In this document: in pieces, positions 36,205 to 36,230 of the stretch
Numbering within the stretch: position 1 is the first letter of the stretch
Layout: each line of letters begins with the position of its first letter
Origin: Octopus bimaculoides
Taxonomy: Eukaryota
DNA: 36,230 nucleotides
NCBI RefSeq assembly: GCF_001194135.2
Contig: NC_068992.1
Location: 23,472,676-23,508,905 of the forward strand
Reading direction: 5' to 3'
Notes under the pieces: generated by a model
What the model was told of the DNA's origin: nothing
Seen by the model: the letters and a program-made list of their open reading frames with translations, nothing else
Databases searched by the model: none
Translations under genes and position numbers: made by a program

Positions 36205-36230
<26 letters not shown>
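36205..36230 (+). repeat. (CA)n microsatellite at the window end
   Basis: Direct reading. Confidence 0.95.

Overview
AT-rich eukaryotic genomic DNA from a gapped draft assembly, with ten N-gaps, almost all bordered by microsatellites. The SINE types and microsatellite load look like a coleoid cephalopod (Octopus-like); that assignment is an inference. I could not identify a host protein-coding gene, rRNA, tRNA gene or CRISPR array. Nearly all ORFs in the supplied track are artefacts of microsatellites or gaps. The window is a transposon graveyard. It holds one CR1/L2-like LINE 3' end, one mariner remnant, four fragments of restriction-like-endonuclease (RLE, R4/Dong-type) non-LTR retrotransposons plus a probable non-autonomous relative, two tRNA-derived SINE types in many copies, and at least two Penelope-like element (PLE) families. 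The most interesting signals are: (1) hammerhead-ribozyme cores in the PLE terminal repeats, one with an intact core at 8231-8264 on the minus strand; (2) RLE elements sitting in microsatellites, namely (TAA)n and, for a different family, possibly (CATA)n; (3) a 3' tail shared, with identical spacing, by the LINE and one SINE type. Orphan splice signals, an unannotated hydrophobic open frame and a pre-miRNA-sized hairpin are reported at low confidence.
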